Shown: one piece after another, positions 30,630-40,479 of the stretch | Numbering within the stretch: the first letter of the stretch is position 1 | Layout of the letters: each line of letters opens with the position of its first letter | Assembly: GCA_964653555.1 (NCBI GenBank) | Contig: CAZZFT010000003.1 | Coordinates: 13,642-77,641, forward strand | Reading direction: 5' to 3' | Length of the DNA stretch: 64,000 bases | Source: an uncultured Spirochaetales bacterium | GTDB lineage: Bacteria; Myxococcota_A; UBA9160; SMWR01 | Notes under the pieces: generated by a model | The model's database searches: none | Seen by the model: only the letters and a program-made list of their open reading frames with translations | What the model was told of the DNA's origin: nothing | Translations under genes and position numbers: made by a program

Positions 30630-32422
30630 GCTCGACCCGCGCCGTGCGGATCGCGAACATCTCGGGCTTCTACGGCGACCGGCTGGCCGCCGCGCGGGAG
30701 ATGCTCGAGGGCGAGCCGGTCGACTTCCTGACCGGCGACTACCTCGCCGAGCTCACGATGCTGATCCTGCACAAGGCGCGCTCGCGCGCGCCGGGCACCG
30801 GATACGCCGCGACCTTCCTGCGCCAGATGGAGGAGATCTGGGGCACCGCCTGCGACCGCGGCGTCCGCATCGTCGTGAACGCGGGCGGCCTCGAGCCGGC
30901 CGGAATGGCGGCGGAGCTGCACGCGCTGGCGGCGCGGCTGGGCCTGAAGGCCCGCGTCGCCTACCTCTCCGGCGACGACCTGCTGCCGCGGCTGGGCGAG
31001 CTCCAGGCGGCGGGACATCCCCTCGCCCACCTCGACCGGGGCATCCCGCTCTCGGCGCTCGACGCCGAGCCGGTCACCGCCAACGCCTATCTCGGCGCCT
31101 GGGGGATCGTCCAGGCGCTGCGCGGCGGAGCCGACGTGGTCGTGTGTCCCCGCGTCACCGACGCCTCGCTGGTGGTCGGCCCCGCCGCCTGGCACTTCGA
31201 CTGGGCGCGCGATGACTGGGACCGGCTCGCCGGGGCCGTGGTGGCCGGCCACGTGCTTGAGTGCGGGCCCCAGGCGACGGGCGGCAACTACGCCTTCTTC
31301 CAGGAAGTGCCGCGCTGGGTGAACCCGGGCTTCCCGATCGCCGAGATCGAGGCGGACGGCAGCTGCGTGATCACCAAGCAGCCGGGCACCGACGGCCTGG
31401 TCTCGGTGGGAACGGTGACGGCGCAGCTGCTCTACGAGCTGGGCGAGCCCGCCTACGCCAACCCGGATGTCGTCGCGCGCTTCGACTCGATCGAGCTCGC
31501 GCCCGCAGGACCCGATCGCGTGCGCATCTCCGGCGCGCGGGGGGAGCCGGCGCCCGCGCAGCTCAAGGTGTGCATCAACTACGTGGGGGGCTACCGGAAC
31601 GCGATGACCTTCGTGCTCACCGGCCTCGACGTCGAGGAGAAGGCGCGGCGGGCACGCGAGACCCTGCTCGCGAAGCTGGGAGGCGCCGAGCGCTTCGATG
31701 CGATCGAGTTCGACCTCGTCCGCAGCGACGCCCCCGATGCGGCCAGCAACGACCTGGCGAGCGCGTTCCTGCGGGTGACCGTGAAGAGCCGCGACGCGCG
31801 GCGCGTCGGTCGCGCCTTCTCGAACCAGGTGACCGAGATGCTGCTCGCGAGCTACCCGGGCATCTACACCACGACCCCGCCCAGCGCCGAGCGCGAGTTC
31901 GGCGTGTACTGGCCGACGCTCGTCCCCGCCCAGGAGGTGCATCCGATCGCAGTGCTGCACGACGGGAGCGAGGTCCCGGTTCCGCCGCTCGTGGCGACGC
32001 CCCTCGCGGAGCCCTTCGCGCCCCGGCCGCGCGCGCTCCCCGAGCCCCCAGCCGGCGCGACCGAGCGCGTCCCGCTCGGGACCGTGTTCGGCGCCCGGTC
32101 GGGCGACAAGGGTGGCAACGCGAACGTCGGCGTCTGGGCGCGCAGCGCGTCGGGCTACGCCTGGCTCGCCCGGTTCCTGACCGCGAAGCGCCTCGCCGAG
32201 CTGCTGCCCGAGCTGGCCCCTCTGGAGGTGCGACGCTTCGAGCTCCCGAACCTGTGGGCGCTGAACTTCGTCGTCGTCGGGCTGCTGGGCGAGGGGGTGG
32301 CGTCGTCGACGCGCAGCGACGCCCAGGCGAAGAGCCTGGGCGAGTTCCTGCGATCGCGCCTCGTCGACCTGCCCGTCGCACTCCGGGCCGACCGGCCTCG
32401 GCCCGCCGATCGGAGCGACTAG
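30626..32422 (+). CDS. atuA: Acyclic terpene utilization AtuA family protein
   Basis: SGFYGDR, DYLAELTM, ANAYLGAWGI, GHVLECG and ARSGDKGG motifs. Confidence 0.88.
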   Translation: MSSTRAVRIANISGFYGDRLAAAREMLEGEPVDFLTGDYLAELTMLILHKARSRAPGTGYAATFLRQMEEIWGTACDRGVRIVVNAGGLEPAGMAAELHALAARLGLKARVAYLSGDDLLPRLGELQAAGHPLAHLDRGIPLSALDAEPVTANAYLGAWGIVQALRGGADVVVCPRVTDASLVVGPAAWHFDWARDDWDRLAGAVVAGHVLECGPQATGGNYAFFQEVPRWVNPGFPIAEIEADGSCVITKQPGTDGLVSVGTVTAQLLYELGEPAYANPDVVARFDSIELAPAGPDRVRISGARGEPAPAQLKVCINYVGGYRNAMTFVLTGLDVEEKARRARETLLAKLGGAERFDAIEFDLVRSDAPDAASNDLASAFLRVTVKSRDARRVGRAFSNQVTEMLLASYPGIYTTTPPSAEREFGVYWPTLVPAQEVHPIAVLHDGSEVPVPPLVATPLAEPFAPRPRALPEPPAGATERVPLGTVFGARSGDKGGNANVGVWARSASGYAWLARFLTAKRLAELLPELAPLEVRRFELPNLWALNFVVVGLLGEGVASSTRSDAQAKSLGEFLRSRLVDLPVALRADRPRPADRSD

Positions 32423-32423
32423 C

Positions 32424-33497
32424 ATGTCGGCCCAGGGTGCACGGCGGAGACTCCGCGTCGATGGAGCGATCTTTCCGGGCGGCGACAACCTCTACGAGGG
32501 TCGGCTCGAGGACGTGCCCCTCCGGGCGCGCGCGCTGGAGGAGGAGGGCTACGACGGCCTGTTCACCCTCGACACGAACGTCGACCCCTTCGCCGCGCTC
32601 CTGCTCGCCGCAGAGCACACGCGGCGCATCGCCCTGGTGACGGGCGTGGCGATCGCCTTCGCGCGCTCGCCGGCGACCATGGCGCTCCAGGCCTGGAACC
32701 TCCAGCGCTACTCGGGCGGCCGCCTGATCCTGGGACTGGGCTCCCAGGTGCAGGCGCACATCGCCAAACGCTTCAGCATGCCCTGGTCGCAGCCGGCGGC
32801 GCGGATGCGCGAGTACATCCTCGCCCTGCGTGCCTTCTGGGACGCCTGGGGCCGGCGGCAGCCGCTCGCCTTCCGCGGCGAGTTCTACACCCACACGTTG
32901 ATGACGCCCGTCTTCGACCCCGGACCGAACGACGTCCCCGACCCGCGGATCCATCTCGGCGCGCTGGGCCCCCGGATGGTGGCGGTCGCCGGAGAGGTCG
33001 CCGACGGCCTGTTCGGACATCCCTTCTCGACGGTGAGGTTCTTCGAGCAGGTCCAGCGACCCGCCCTCGAGCAGGGGCTCGCGCGCTCGCAGCGACCGCG
33101 CGAGGGCTTCGAAGTGTCCTCGATGATCATGACGATCACCGGCCGCGACGACGCCGAGATCGCCGCCGCCGACTTCGCGATCCGCAAGCTGCTCACCTTC
33201 TACGCGTCGACGCCCGCCTACCGACGCGTGCTCGAGGTGCACGGCTGGGGCGACCTGCAGCCCGAGCTCAACCGGATGTCCAAACAGGGACGCTGGGACG
33301 AGATGGCCGAGCTCGCGACGGAGGAGATGATCGACGCGTTCGCGGTGAAGGGCCGCCCCGAGGAGATCCCGCAGCGGATCGCCGAGCGCTGCGCGGGCCG
33401 TGTCGACCGCGTCACGCTCTACGCGCCCTACCCCACGGCGGCGAGTCTGTGGCCGCCGATCGTCCGGGGCATCCAGGCACAGGAGGTCCAGCGGTGA
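32424..33497 (+). CDS. LLM-class oxidoreductase, probable F420-dependent type
   Basis: AIAFARSP, LGLGSQVQAHI and FYASTPAY motifs. The exact start is uncertain. Confidence 0.85.
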   Translation: MSAQGARRRLRVDGAIFPGGDNLYEGRLEDVPLRARALEEEGYDGLFTLDTNVDPFAALLLAAEHTRRIALVTGVAIAFARSPATMALQAWNLQRYSGGRLILGLGSQVQAHIAKRFSMPWSQPAARMREYILALRAFWDAWGRRQPLAFRGEFYTHTLMTPVFDPGPNDVPDPRIHLGALGPRMVAVAGEVADGLFGHPFSTVRFFEQVQRPALEQGLARSQRPREGFEVSSMIMTITGRDDAEIAAADFAIRKLLTFYASTPAYRRVLEVHGWGDLQPELNRMSKQGRWDEMAELATEEMIDAFAVKGRPEEIPQRIAERCAGRVDRVTLYAPYPTAASLWPPIVRGIQAQEVQR

Positions 33498-34321
33498 CGA
33501 GCGCCAGCGGCAACGAGGACGCCGTCCTCGAGAGCGAGACCCACGGTCCGGTGCGTCTGCTCCGGCTCAACCGACCCGAGCGCAAGAACGCCCTCTCGGA
33601 CGCCCTCGGCTGGGCGGTCGTCGCGGCCGTCGAAGAGGCGGCGCACGACGACGCGATCCGGGTCGTCGCACTGACCGGTCGCGGCGACGCCTTCTGCTCG
33701 GGCGTGGATCTCGGCGACGCGCCAGCCGCGGGCGCCGCGCGCGGGCCGCTCTCGGAGCAAGACGATCGCGTGGACGACCTGGGCTGGGTGGGCCGGTTCC
33801 CGCTGGTGATGCGCGTCGCCTGCGACAAGCCGGTGGTGGCGGGCGTGAACGGCGTCGCCGTCGGCGCCGGCATGGCGCTCGCGATGTGCGCCGACCTCCG
33901 CATCGCCGGCTCTCGCGCGCGCTTCCACCCCGGATACGTGCGCGCCGGCACCTCGCCCGACGGCGGCCTGAGCTGGACGCTGCCCCAGCTGATCGGGAGC
34001 GAGCGAGCGCTGCGCTTCCTGCTGGAGCAGCGGATGATCGACGCCGAGGAGGCGCTGCGGCTGGGCCTCGTCGGCGAGCTGGTAGAGGCGGATGCGCTCG
34101 AGGAACGCCTGCTCGCCTACTGCGCGCTGCTGGCCGAGGCGGCGCCGCTGGCCGTGCGTCAGACCAAGCGGCTGGTGCACCGCGCGGGCCTCGGGACGGA
34201 CCTCGAAGCCCATCTTCGGGACGAGATGCGCTACGTCTACCGGGGCTTGCGCAGCGAGGACGGCCGCGAGGCGGTCGCGGCGCTGCTGGCCAAGCGCAAG
34301 CCCGTGTTCCACGGGCGTTAG
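33494..34321 (+). CDS. Enoyl-CoA hydratase/isomerase
   Basis: LNRPERKNAL, AFCSGVDL, GAGMALA and PDGG motifs; GTGA overlap. Confidence 0.9.
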   Translation: MTSASGNEDAVLESETHGPVRLLRLNRPERKNALSDALGWAVVAAVEEAAHDDAIRVVALTGRGDAFCSGVDLGDAPAAGAARGPLSEQDDRVDDLGWVGRFPLVMRVACDKPVVAGVNGVAVGAGMALAMCADLRIAGSRARFHPGYVRAGTSPDGGLSWTLPQLIGSERALRFLLEQRMIDAEEALRLGLVGELVEADALEERLLAYCALLAEAAPLAVRQTKRLVHRAGLGTDLEAHLRDEMRYVYRGLRSEDGREAVAALLAKRKPVFHGR

Positions 34322-34346
34322 GCGTCGGGCGATGCGGGAGCGCCGC

Positions 34347-35147
34347 TCAGAAGACCAGGTAGCCGCCGTCGAGGGTGATCTCGTCGCCCGTGTGGAAGCG
34401 CGACAGCTCGGACGCCAGGTAGACGGCGATCCCCTCCAGGTCCGCGGGCGTGCCCCAGCGGCGCGCCGGCGTGCGCTGGCGGATGCTCCGATCGAGCTTC
34501 TCGTGGGCGCGCGCCGGAGCCGTGGCCTGGGTCTCGATCCAGCCCGGGCGCAGTGCGTTCACCTGGATGTCGTGGCGCGCGAGGGCCACCGCCGCCGACC
34601 GGACCAGCGCTCCCACGCCGCCCTTCGAGGCGGCGTAGTTGGGCTCGTGGGGCATGCCGTGCAGCGCGCCGATCGAGGTCACGGCGACGAGCTTCCCCCC
34701 ACCGCCGCGCTCGACCATGTGGCGCGCCGCTTCGCGAAAGCACAGGAACACCCCGGTCAGGTTCACCGCCAGCACCCGGTTCCAGTCGTCGAGGGTCATC
34801 TCCAGGAAGGGTCGCGGCTGGCCGAGGCCCGCGTTGGCGAAGCACGAGTCGATGCGGCCGAAGCGCGCGAGCGCTTCGCGCATGCCCCGGACGACGTCCT
34901 CCTCGTGCGCCACGTCGATCCGGAAGGTCGCCACCTCGGCGCCCAGATCGGCGAGCTCCTGGGCCGCGGCGGCGTTCTTGGCCTCGTCGCGCCCGGCGAT
35001 CGCGACCCGGGCTCCGGCCCGCGCCAGACCGCGGGCCAGGCCCAGCCCGATGCCGCCGTTGCCGCCGGTGATCAACGCGACGTGCCCGGACAGGTCGAAG
35101 CCGGCGCCCTCGGACGACGGTGCGCTCTCTCGCGACGACGGCGGCAC
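34347..35147 (-). CDS. SDR family oxidoreductase
   Basis: FDLSGHVALITGGNGGIG and YAASK motifs. The start is uncertain. Confidence 0.87.
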   Translation of the reverse strand: MPPSSRESAPSSEGAGFDLSGHVALITGGNGGIGLGLARGLARAGARVAIAGRDEAKNAAAAQELADLGAEVATFRIDVAHEEDVVRGMREALARFGRIDSCFANAGLGQPRPFLEMTLDDWNRVLAVNLTGVFLCFREAARHMVERGGGGKLVAVTSIGALHGMPHEPNYAASKGGVGALVRSAAVALARHDIQVNALRPGWIETQATAPARAHEKLDRSIRQRTPARRWGTPADLEGIAVYLASELSRFHTGDEITLDGGYLVF

Positions 35148-35167
35148 GCGGCGGACTCTACCGCGCC

Positions 35168-36349
35168 GTGAGCGAGACGGTCGAGGTGTTCCGCATCGAC
35201 GTGCCGGAGGCGGTGATCGACGACCTGCGCGAGCGGCTCGCCCGCTCACGGCTCCCCGAGCCGATCGCCGGTGCGGGCTGGGACTACGGGGTGGACCTCG
35301 CGTGGCTGCGCGATCTGCTCGTGCACTGGCGCGCGCACTACGACTGGCGCGCCTGGGAACGGCGGCTGAACACGCTTCCCCAGTTCCGAACCTGGCTCGA
35401 CGGGCACGGAATCCACTTCGTGCACCGCCGCTCGCCCGAGCCCGGCGCCCTCCCGCTGCTCCTGGCCCACGGCTGGCCCGGCTCCTTCTTCGAGTTCCAC
35501 AAGGTGGTCGAGCCTCTCGCCGACCCGCGCGCCCACGGCGGTCGGCCCGAGGACGCCTTCCACGTGGTCTGTCCGTCGATGCCCGGATACGCCTTCTCCG
35601 ATCCGCCGCGCGCGCCCGGCGTCGACGCCCGGAGCATCGCCGCGCTCTTCGCCGGCCTGATGCGGCGGCTGGGCTACGCGCGCTATGGCGTCCAGGGCGG
35701 TGACTGGGGATCGGCGGTCGCGAGCTGGATGGCGCTGCTCGCGCCCGAAGCCTGCTGCGGCATCCACCTCAACCTGTTGATCGTGCCGCGCCCGCGCGAC
35801 GATGATCCGGCCGCGCTGACCGCGCCCGAGCGCGAGGCCTACGAAGCCACGCGGCGCTTCCTCGCCAGCGGTCCGGTCCACGTGACGGTGCAGGGCCAGG
35901 AGCCCGATGCGCTCGGCGTCGCGCTCGAGGATTCGCCGGCGGGGCTCGCGGCCTGGATCGCGCCGCGGCTGCGCGCGTGGAGCGACTGCGGCGGCGATCT
36001 CGAGCGCCGCTTCCCCCGTGATGAGCTCCTGACTCATCTGACGCTGTACTGGGTGACGCGCTCGATCACGACGTCGATGCGCCTGTACCGCGAGGCGCAG
36101 CACGCCGGAGCCCTCGGCCGCCCCCGCGAGCGGATCGAGGTGCCGACGGGCTGCGCCCTGTTCCCGCGCGAGCTGTTCCGTCCGCCGCGGCGCTGGGTGG
36201 AGCGCGCCTATCGCGTCGAGCGCTGGACCGAGATGCCGCGGGGCGGTCACTTCGCCGCGCTCGAGGAGCCGGAGCTGCTGATCGAGGACGTGCGCGCCTT
36301 CTTCCGGCCTCTGCGCGGATCGAGCGGCGTCCGGCGCGCGGAACCGTGA
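35168..36349 (+). CDS. Epoxide hydrolase (microsomal type)
   Basis: N-terminal FRIDVP..DDLRERL, HGWPGS, QGGDWG and GGHFAALE motifs. Confidence 0.9.
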   Translation: MSETVEVFRIDVPEAVIDDLRERLARSRLPEPIAGAGWDYGVDLAWLRDLLVHWRAHYDWRAWERRLNTLPQFRTWLDGHGIHFVHRRSPEPGALPLLLAHGWPGSFFEFHKVVEPLADPRAHGGRPEDAFHVVCPSMPGYAFSDPPRAPGVDARSIAALFAGLMRRLGYARYGVQGGDWGSAVASWMALLAPEACCGIHLNLLIVPRPRDDDPAALTAPEREAYEATRRFLASGPVHVTVQGQEPDALGVALEDSPAGLAAWIAPRLRAWSDCGGDLERRFPRDELLTHLTLYWVTRSITTSMRLYREAQHAGALGRPRERIEVPTGCALFPRELFRPPRRWVERAYRVERWTEMPRGGHFAALEEPELLIEDVRAFFRPLRGSSGVRRAEP

Positions 36350-36408
36350 TAGGGTGGCGCGAAGCGAGGCCCACGACGCGGCGGCGACTTCTCCGGAGGG
36401 AGGTGGCG

Positions 36409-37095
36409 ATGGGGGCGACGGAGCGGGTGGAGGGGGTGGATCTCGTGCAGGGCATCGGTGGGACGGCCGAGATGGGTGGGATGCGCTGGACGCACGGCAT
36501 CGCCACCGGCGCGCTGATCGGCCTGCTCCTGCTGTTCGCGGCCTGCGAGCCGCAGGATCGGCGACCGGGACTGTGGCTCTCGGGCGAGCTCGTGACAGCG
36601 CCCGTCGACGACTGGTCGTTCACCGACGAGATCGGAGAGATCTTCGTCGAGACCCGTACGTGGTACGGAATCCCCCACTCCGTCACCACCGTCTGCGTCG
36701 CCCACGACGGCTCCCTCTACGTGCCGTCGGTCTACCTCGACGGCGGCGAGTTCCCCGACGCGCGCTACTGGAACCGCAACGTGGTGCGCGACCCGCGCGT
36801 GCGCCTGAAGATCGGGGACCGTCTCTACGAGCGGAAGGCGGTCCTGGTCGAGGATCCGGAGGAGTGGGACGCCGTGTTCGCCGCCTTCGGCCGCAAGTCC
36901 CCCTTCTGGAAGCAGCTCGGCGACACGCCCGCGGCCGAGCGCCCCCGGATCGTGTTCTTCCGGATGGATCCGCGAGAGGACGCCGAAGCGGTGTCTCAGG
37001 GGGCTTCCCAGGCTCCGGACGCGGCTTCGCTGCGGACCTCCGCCGCGTCGGACTCCAGGACGAAGCCGGCTGCGACGGCGTCCGCGAGCGCCTGA
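36409..37095 (+). CDS. Hypothetical exported/lipoprotein, possibly a split-barrel flavin-binding fold
   Basis: Hydrophobic segment ending LFAAC; PGLWLSG and WNRNVVRDPRVRLKI. Start is 36409 (has RBS) or 36481. Confidence 0.6.
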   Translation: MGATERVEGVDLVQGIGGTAEMGGMRWTHGIATGALIGLLLLFAACEPQDRRPGLWLSGELVTAPVDDWSFTDEIGEIFVETRTWYGIPHSVTTVCVAHDGSLYVPSVYLDGGEFPDARYWNRNVVRDPRVRLKIGDRLYERKAVLVEDPEEWDAVFAAFGRKSPFWKQLGDTPAAERPRIVFFRMDPREDAEAVSQGASQAPDAASLRTSAASDSRTKPAATASASA

Positions 37096-38474
37096 TCGAA
37101 GGCCGCGAGATACGCTTCGCGCGACGGGTACAGCTCCGCCAGCGTCTCGCTGTCGAAGGGGCGCGTGACGCCCAACAGGGAGCAGAACGGCCCGCCGTCG
37201 TTGCCGACCCCGGAAAGCATCGCCACGGGCACGTCGAGCTGCGGGGTGCGGATCCCGCCCAAGGCGTTACCGCGGCCGTCGCGCAGGATGCGGGGCGGGC
37301 TGCCGGGCACGGCGCCCAGACGCGCGGCTCGTGGCGCGGGCGTTCCCTCGCGGACCCAGCGGTCGAGGTGATCGAGCGCCGCCCGGAGCACGTAGCGCTG
37401 CGGGCCCGCGTTGCCCGGCAGGTCGCACGCCAGCCCGCCGACCTTCCCTCCCAGCGACCGCGCGGCGTCCGCTCCCGCGATGCGGAGCTGATACACGTCG
37501 GTGTGTGCGGTGCCGGCCACCTCCCAGAGGCGGAAGGCGGCGCCGTCCTGCTGGCGCGCCCCGTAGTAGCCGAGCACGGTCACATCGGTCTCGGTCTCGA
37601 AGGTGAGCACCGGGGTCGCGCGGTCCGTGCGGATGGCCGTCGGACTGGGCGCCGCGACATCCGCCTGCGGCGGCTGGGAAAGCGGTGCGCCGGAGCCGCC
37701 GCGCGCGTGGACGAGGAAGCCGTCGTACACGGCGGCGAGGGGCGCCACTGCGTCGATGTAGGTGGTCAGCCGCGCAGCCGATTGCGACATCCCGACGGCG
37801 ATCAGACGCCGAGCCGCGAGGCCGCCCAGCGGGTCCGTCTCGCCGGGGCTGCGCAGAGCCCGACCGGCCTGGGCGAAGATGTCGTAGGAGAAGCTGTCGC
37901 CGGGATGCCGCAGCGACCCGTAGCGCTCGGGGTCCCAGACCCGTAGTGCGCCCGCATTGCCGAAGGCGGCGCGAGGGTTGTCGCTCGGGAAGCCGACGAT
38001 GCCCACCTCCTGGGCCGACACACCCACCCAGGCATGGCCCCGCGCCAGCAGCAGCGGGTGCAGGAACGCCCAGTCGGCGGGGTTGTCGCCGCCTCCCGAG
38101 ACGTTCAGCCACTCGACGACGACGGTTCCGGAGAAGCGATCGGCTCGCGCGGGCCGTCGCACCAGGATCCGCGTCCGGTAGGGCGCCGACCCGGCGGGCT
38201 CGACCTGCCAGCGACCGTCGGGAGCGAGCTCGGCCGCGGGAGCGTAGCTGCGGGCGCTTCCCTCGACGAAGAACTCCTGCTCGACGTAGCCCGCCGCCGC
38301 GAGATCGATCGCGGTGGCGGAGAAGGCAGCGCCGTGTGCGCCTCCCGCGACGGGTCCCACGACGCGTGGGGCGTCGGCCGCGCCCGCGGTGGCGGCCCAC
38401 AGCGACACCCCCAGCGCGAGGCTCCGCCATTCGCACCGCGCCCGCGTTCGCCCCATCGCGTCTTTTCCCTTCAT
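36996..38474 (-). CDS. Secreted alpha/beta hydrolase domain protein
   Basis: Signal peptide; GYVEQEFF, FSGTVVVEWLN, GMSQSA and WEVAGTAH motifs. Confidence 0.8.
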   Translation of the reverse strand: MKGKDAMGRTRARCEWRSLALGVSLWAATAGAADAPRVVGPVAGGAHGAAFSATAIDLAAAGYVEQEFFVEGSARSYAPAAELAPDGRWQVEPAGSAPYRTRILVRRPARADRFSGTVVVEWLNVSGGGDNPADWAFLHPLLLARGHAWVGVSAQEVGIVGFPSDNPRAAFGNAGALRVWDPERYGSLRHPGDSFSYDIFAQAGRALRSPGETDPLGGLAARRLIAVGMSQSAARLTTYIDAVAPLAAVYDGFLVHARGGSGAPLSQPPQADVAAPSPTAIRTDRATPVLTFETETDVTVLGYYGARQQDGAAFRLWEVAGTAHTDVYQLRIAGADAARSLGGKVGGLACDLPGNAGPQRYVLRAALDHLDRWVREGTPAPRAARLGAVPGSPPRILRDGRGNALGGIRTPQLDVPVAMLSGVGNDGGPFCSLLGVTRPFDSETLAELYPSREAYLAAFDQALADAVAAGFVLESDAAEVRSEAASGAWEAP

Positions 38475-38487
38475 CGCGTCGCGGTTC

Positions 38488-38503
38488 CTGAGTATCCTAT
38501 CAG
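38488..38503 (-). promoter_or_regulatory. Conserved 16-bp operator copy (CTGATAGGATACTCAG on - strand)
   Basis: Exact reverse complement of 12455-12470; divergent region. Confidence 0.8.
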
Positions 38504-38539
38504 AATCACGCGGCCTCGCGCTGCGCTCGTGGAGGCCTC

Positions 38540-39343
38540 ATGTCGACCGTCCGTCTGGAGTTCCCCCTTCCGCACGTGGCCCTGATCACCCTCGATCGGC
38601 CGAAGCGCCTGAACGCACTGACGCTGGAGCTGCTGGAGGACTTCCGCGCGGCGCTGGATCGCATCGAGTCCGACGCGGATTGTCGCGCCGTCGTGCTGAC
38701 CGGGGCCGGACGCGCCTTCTGCGCGGGCCTCGATCTCGTCGACTCCGCGTCGCTGCTCGACCTCTCCGGAGCGGGCGGCGTGCAGAAGGGCATGTCGATC
38801 CAGAAGCCCTTCTCCGCGCTGGTACCGCGACTGCACGCGCTGCCCCAGCCGGTGGTGGCGGCGATCAACGGTCCGGCGGCCGGGGGTGGGCTGGCGCTCG
38901 CGCTCGGGGCCGACGTGCGCGTGGCCGCGCGCTCGGCGCTCTTCCTCGACGCCTTCATCGAGCTGGGACTGTCGGGCTGCGAGCTCGGCCTGAGCTACCT
39001 GCTGCCCCGGCTGATCGGGATGTCGCGCGCCGCCGAGCTGATCCTCACGGGACGGCACATCGACGCCGAGGAGGCGGAGCGGATCGGTCTGGTCAGCCGG
39101 ATCGTGGAGGACGGGGAAGCGGTCCCCGCGGCCCTCAAGATCGCCGAGCGCATCGCTGCCCACGCACCCTTCGGATCGCGGATGACCAAGCAGGTGTTGT
39201 GGACCAACCTGGACGCACCCTGTCTGCAATCGGCGATCGAGCTGGAGGCGCGCACCCAGGTGCTGAGCATGTTCACTCGCGATTTCGGCGAGCAGGTGGT
39301 GGCGCGGCGCGAGAAGCGGACGCCCCGCTACCAGGACCAATGA
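38540..39343 (+). CDS. Enoyl-CoA hydratase/isomerase
   Basis: AFCAGLDL, GGGLALAL and GLSGCELG motifs. Confidence 0.9.
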   Translation: MSTVRLEFPLPHVALITLDRPKRLNALTLELLEDFRAALDRIESDADCRAVVLTGAGRAFCAGLDLVDSASLLDLSGAGGVQKGMSIQKPFSALVPRLHALPQPVVAAINGPAAGGGLALALGADVRVAARSALFLDAFIELGLSGCELGLSYLLPRLIGMSRAAELILTGRHIDAEEAERIGLVSRIVEDGEAVPAALKIAERIAAHAPFGSRMTKQVLWTNLDAPCLQSAIELEARTQVLSMFTRDFGEQVVARREKRTPRYQDQ

Positions 39344-40479
39344 ACCGAGAGGAGACCTTCCCAGTGCGCCTCAGTGACTGCGACGACTATCCCTTCCACC
39401 AGACCGCGGAGCCCTTCGACAGGCCCGCCACCTCCGACTCCCACTTCAACGACGGCTACTACTTCGCCTTCTTCGACGGGGCGTCCTACTTCGCCTGCGG
39501 CCTGCGCTGGCACCCCAACAACAACGCCCTGGACGGATTCGCCGGGCTGGTCCACGGCGGCGAGCAGCGCAACCTGCGCTTCTCGCGCGCGCTGCGCCCC
39601 CGCTACGACGAGCTGGCCGTCGGTCCGCTGCGCCTCGAGATCCTCGCTCCGATGCGGCGCCACCGCCTCGTGCTCGCTCCCAACGAGCAGGGCTTCGAGT
39701 TCGACGTCGAGCTGGAGTCCTCCGCGCCCCCGATCTGCGAGGCGCGCGACCGCCACCACCGCTACGGCAAGCTGATCAACGACGTGCTGCGCGTCACCCA
39801 GCTCGCCCGGGCCTCGGGTTCCGCCCGCCGCGACGGCCGCGAGCTGGCGGTGCAGCGCTGGCACGCGGTCCGCGACCACTCCTGGGGAATCCGCACCAGC
39901 ATGGGGCCGACGACGCCGATCGGCGGCGTCGAGCTGCTTCCGGGGGAGGAGAGCCGGCGCGCCTTCCGAATCTGGCTGCCCTTCGAGGTGGAGACACATT
40001 GCGGTTTCGTCTGCACCCACGAGGACGGCGAGGGGAACCCGCTCGACTTCGAGGGGCGCCTCGACTACCCGGACGGGCGCTCGCATCCGCTGGTCGGCCT
40101 GAAGCACGACCTGGTCTACCACCCGGGCACGCGCGTGCTGGCGGGCGGTCGCCTCGCGCTGACCGATGCCGAGGGCCGGGAGCACGGCTACAGCGTGGCG
40201 ATGACCCCGGGCGCCGCCGCCTACGGGCAGGGATTCGGCTACTCACGCGGCTTCTGCGACGGCCGCGGCGCCGGTGTCTACCGCGGACCGGAGCTGGTGG
40301 AGGGCGACCGCTTCGACGTGTCCGACCCCGCCGTGCTCGGTGGGCCGCCCCACGTGGCCGCCGAACGCCGGGTGGGGCCGGTCGAGTTCCCGTGTCGGAT
40401 CGTGGACGACCGCGGCAGCCGCGGCATGGCGAACTTCGAGCACGTCCTCTATGGGCCCTACTCGCGCTATGGCCTCTGA
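39340..40479 (+). CDS. Hypothetical protein (probably beta-rich; DDYPFHQ / RDHSWG family)
   Basis: ATGA overlap with the upstream crotonase; protein-like composition; DDYPFHQ, FNDGYYF and RDHSWGIR motifs. Confidence 0.7.
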   Translation: MNREETFPVRLSDCDDYPFHQTAEPFDRPATSDSHFNDGYYFAFFDGASYFACGLRWHPNNNALDGFAGLVHGGEQRNLRFSRALRPRYDELAVGPLRLEILAPMRRHRLVLAPNEQGFEFDVELESSAPPICEARDRHHRYGKLINDVLRVTQLARASGSARRDGRELAVQRWHAVRDHSWGIRTSMGPTTPIGGVELLPGEESRRAFRIWLPFEVETHCGFVCTHEDGEGNPLDFEGRLDYPDGRSHPLVGLKHDLVYHPGTRVLAGGRLALTDAEGREHGYSVAMTPGAAAYGQGFGYSRGFCDGRGAGVYRGPELVEGDRFDVSDPAVLGGPPHVAAERRVGPVEFPCRIVDDRGSRGMANFEHVLYGPYSRYGL

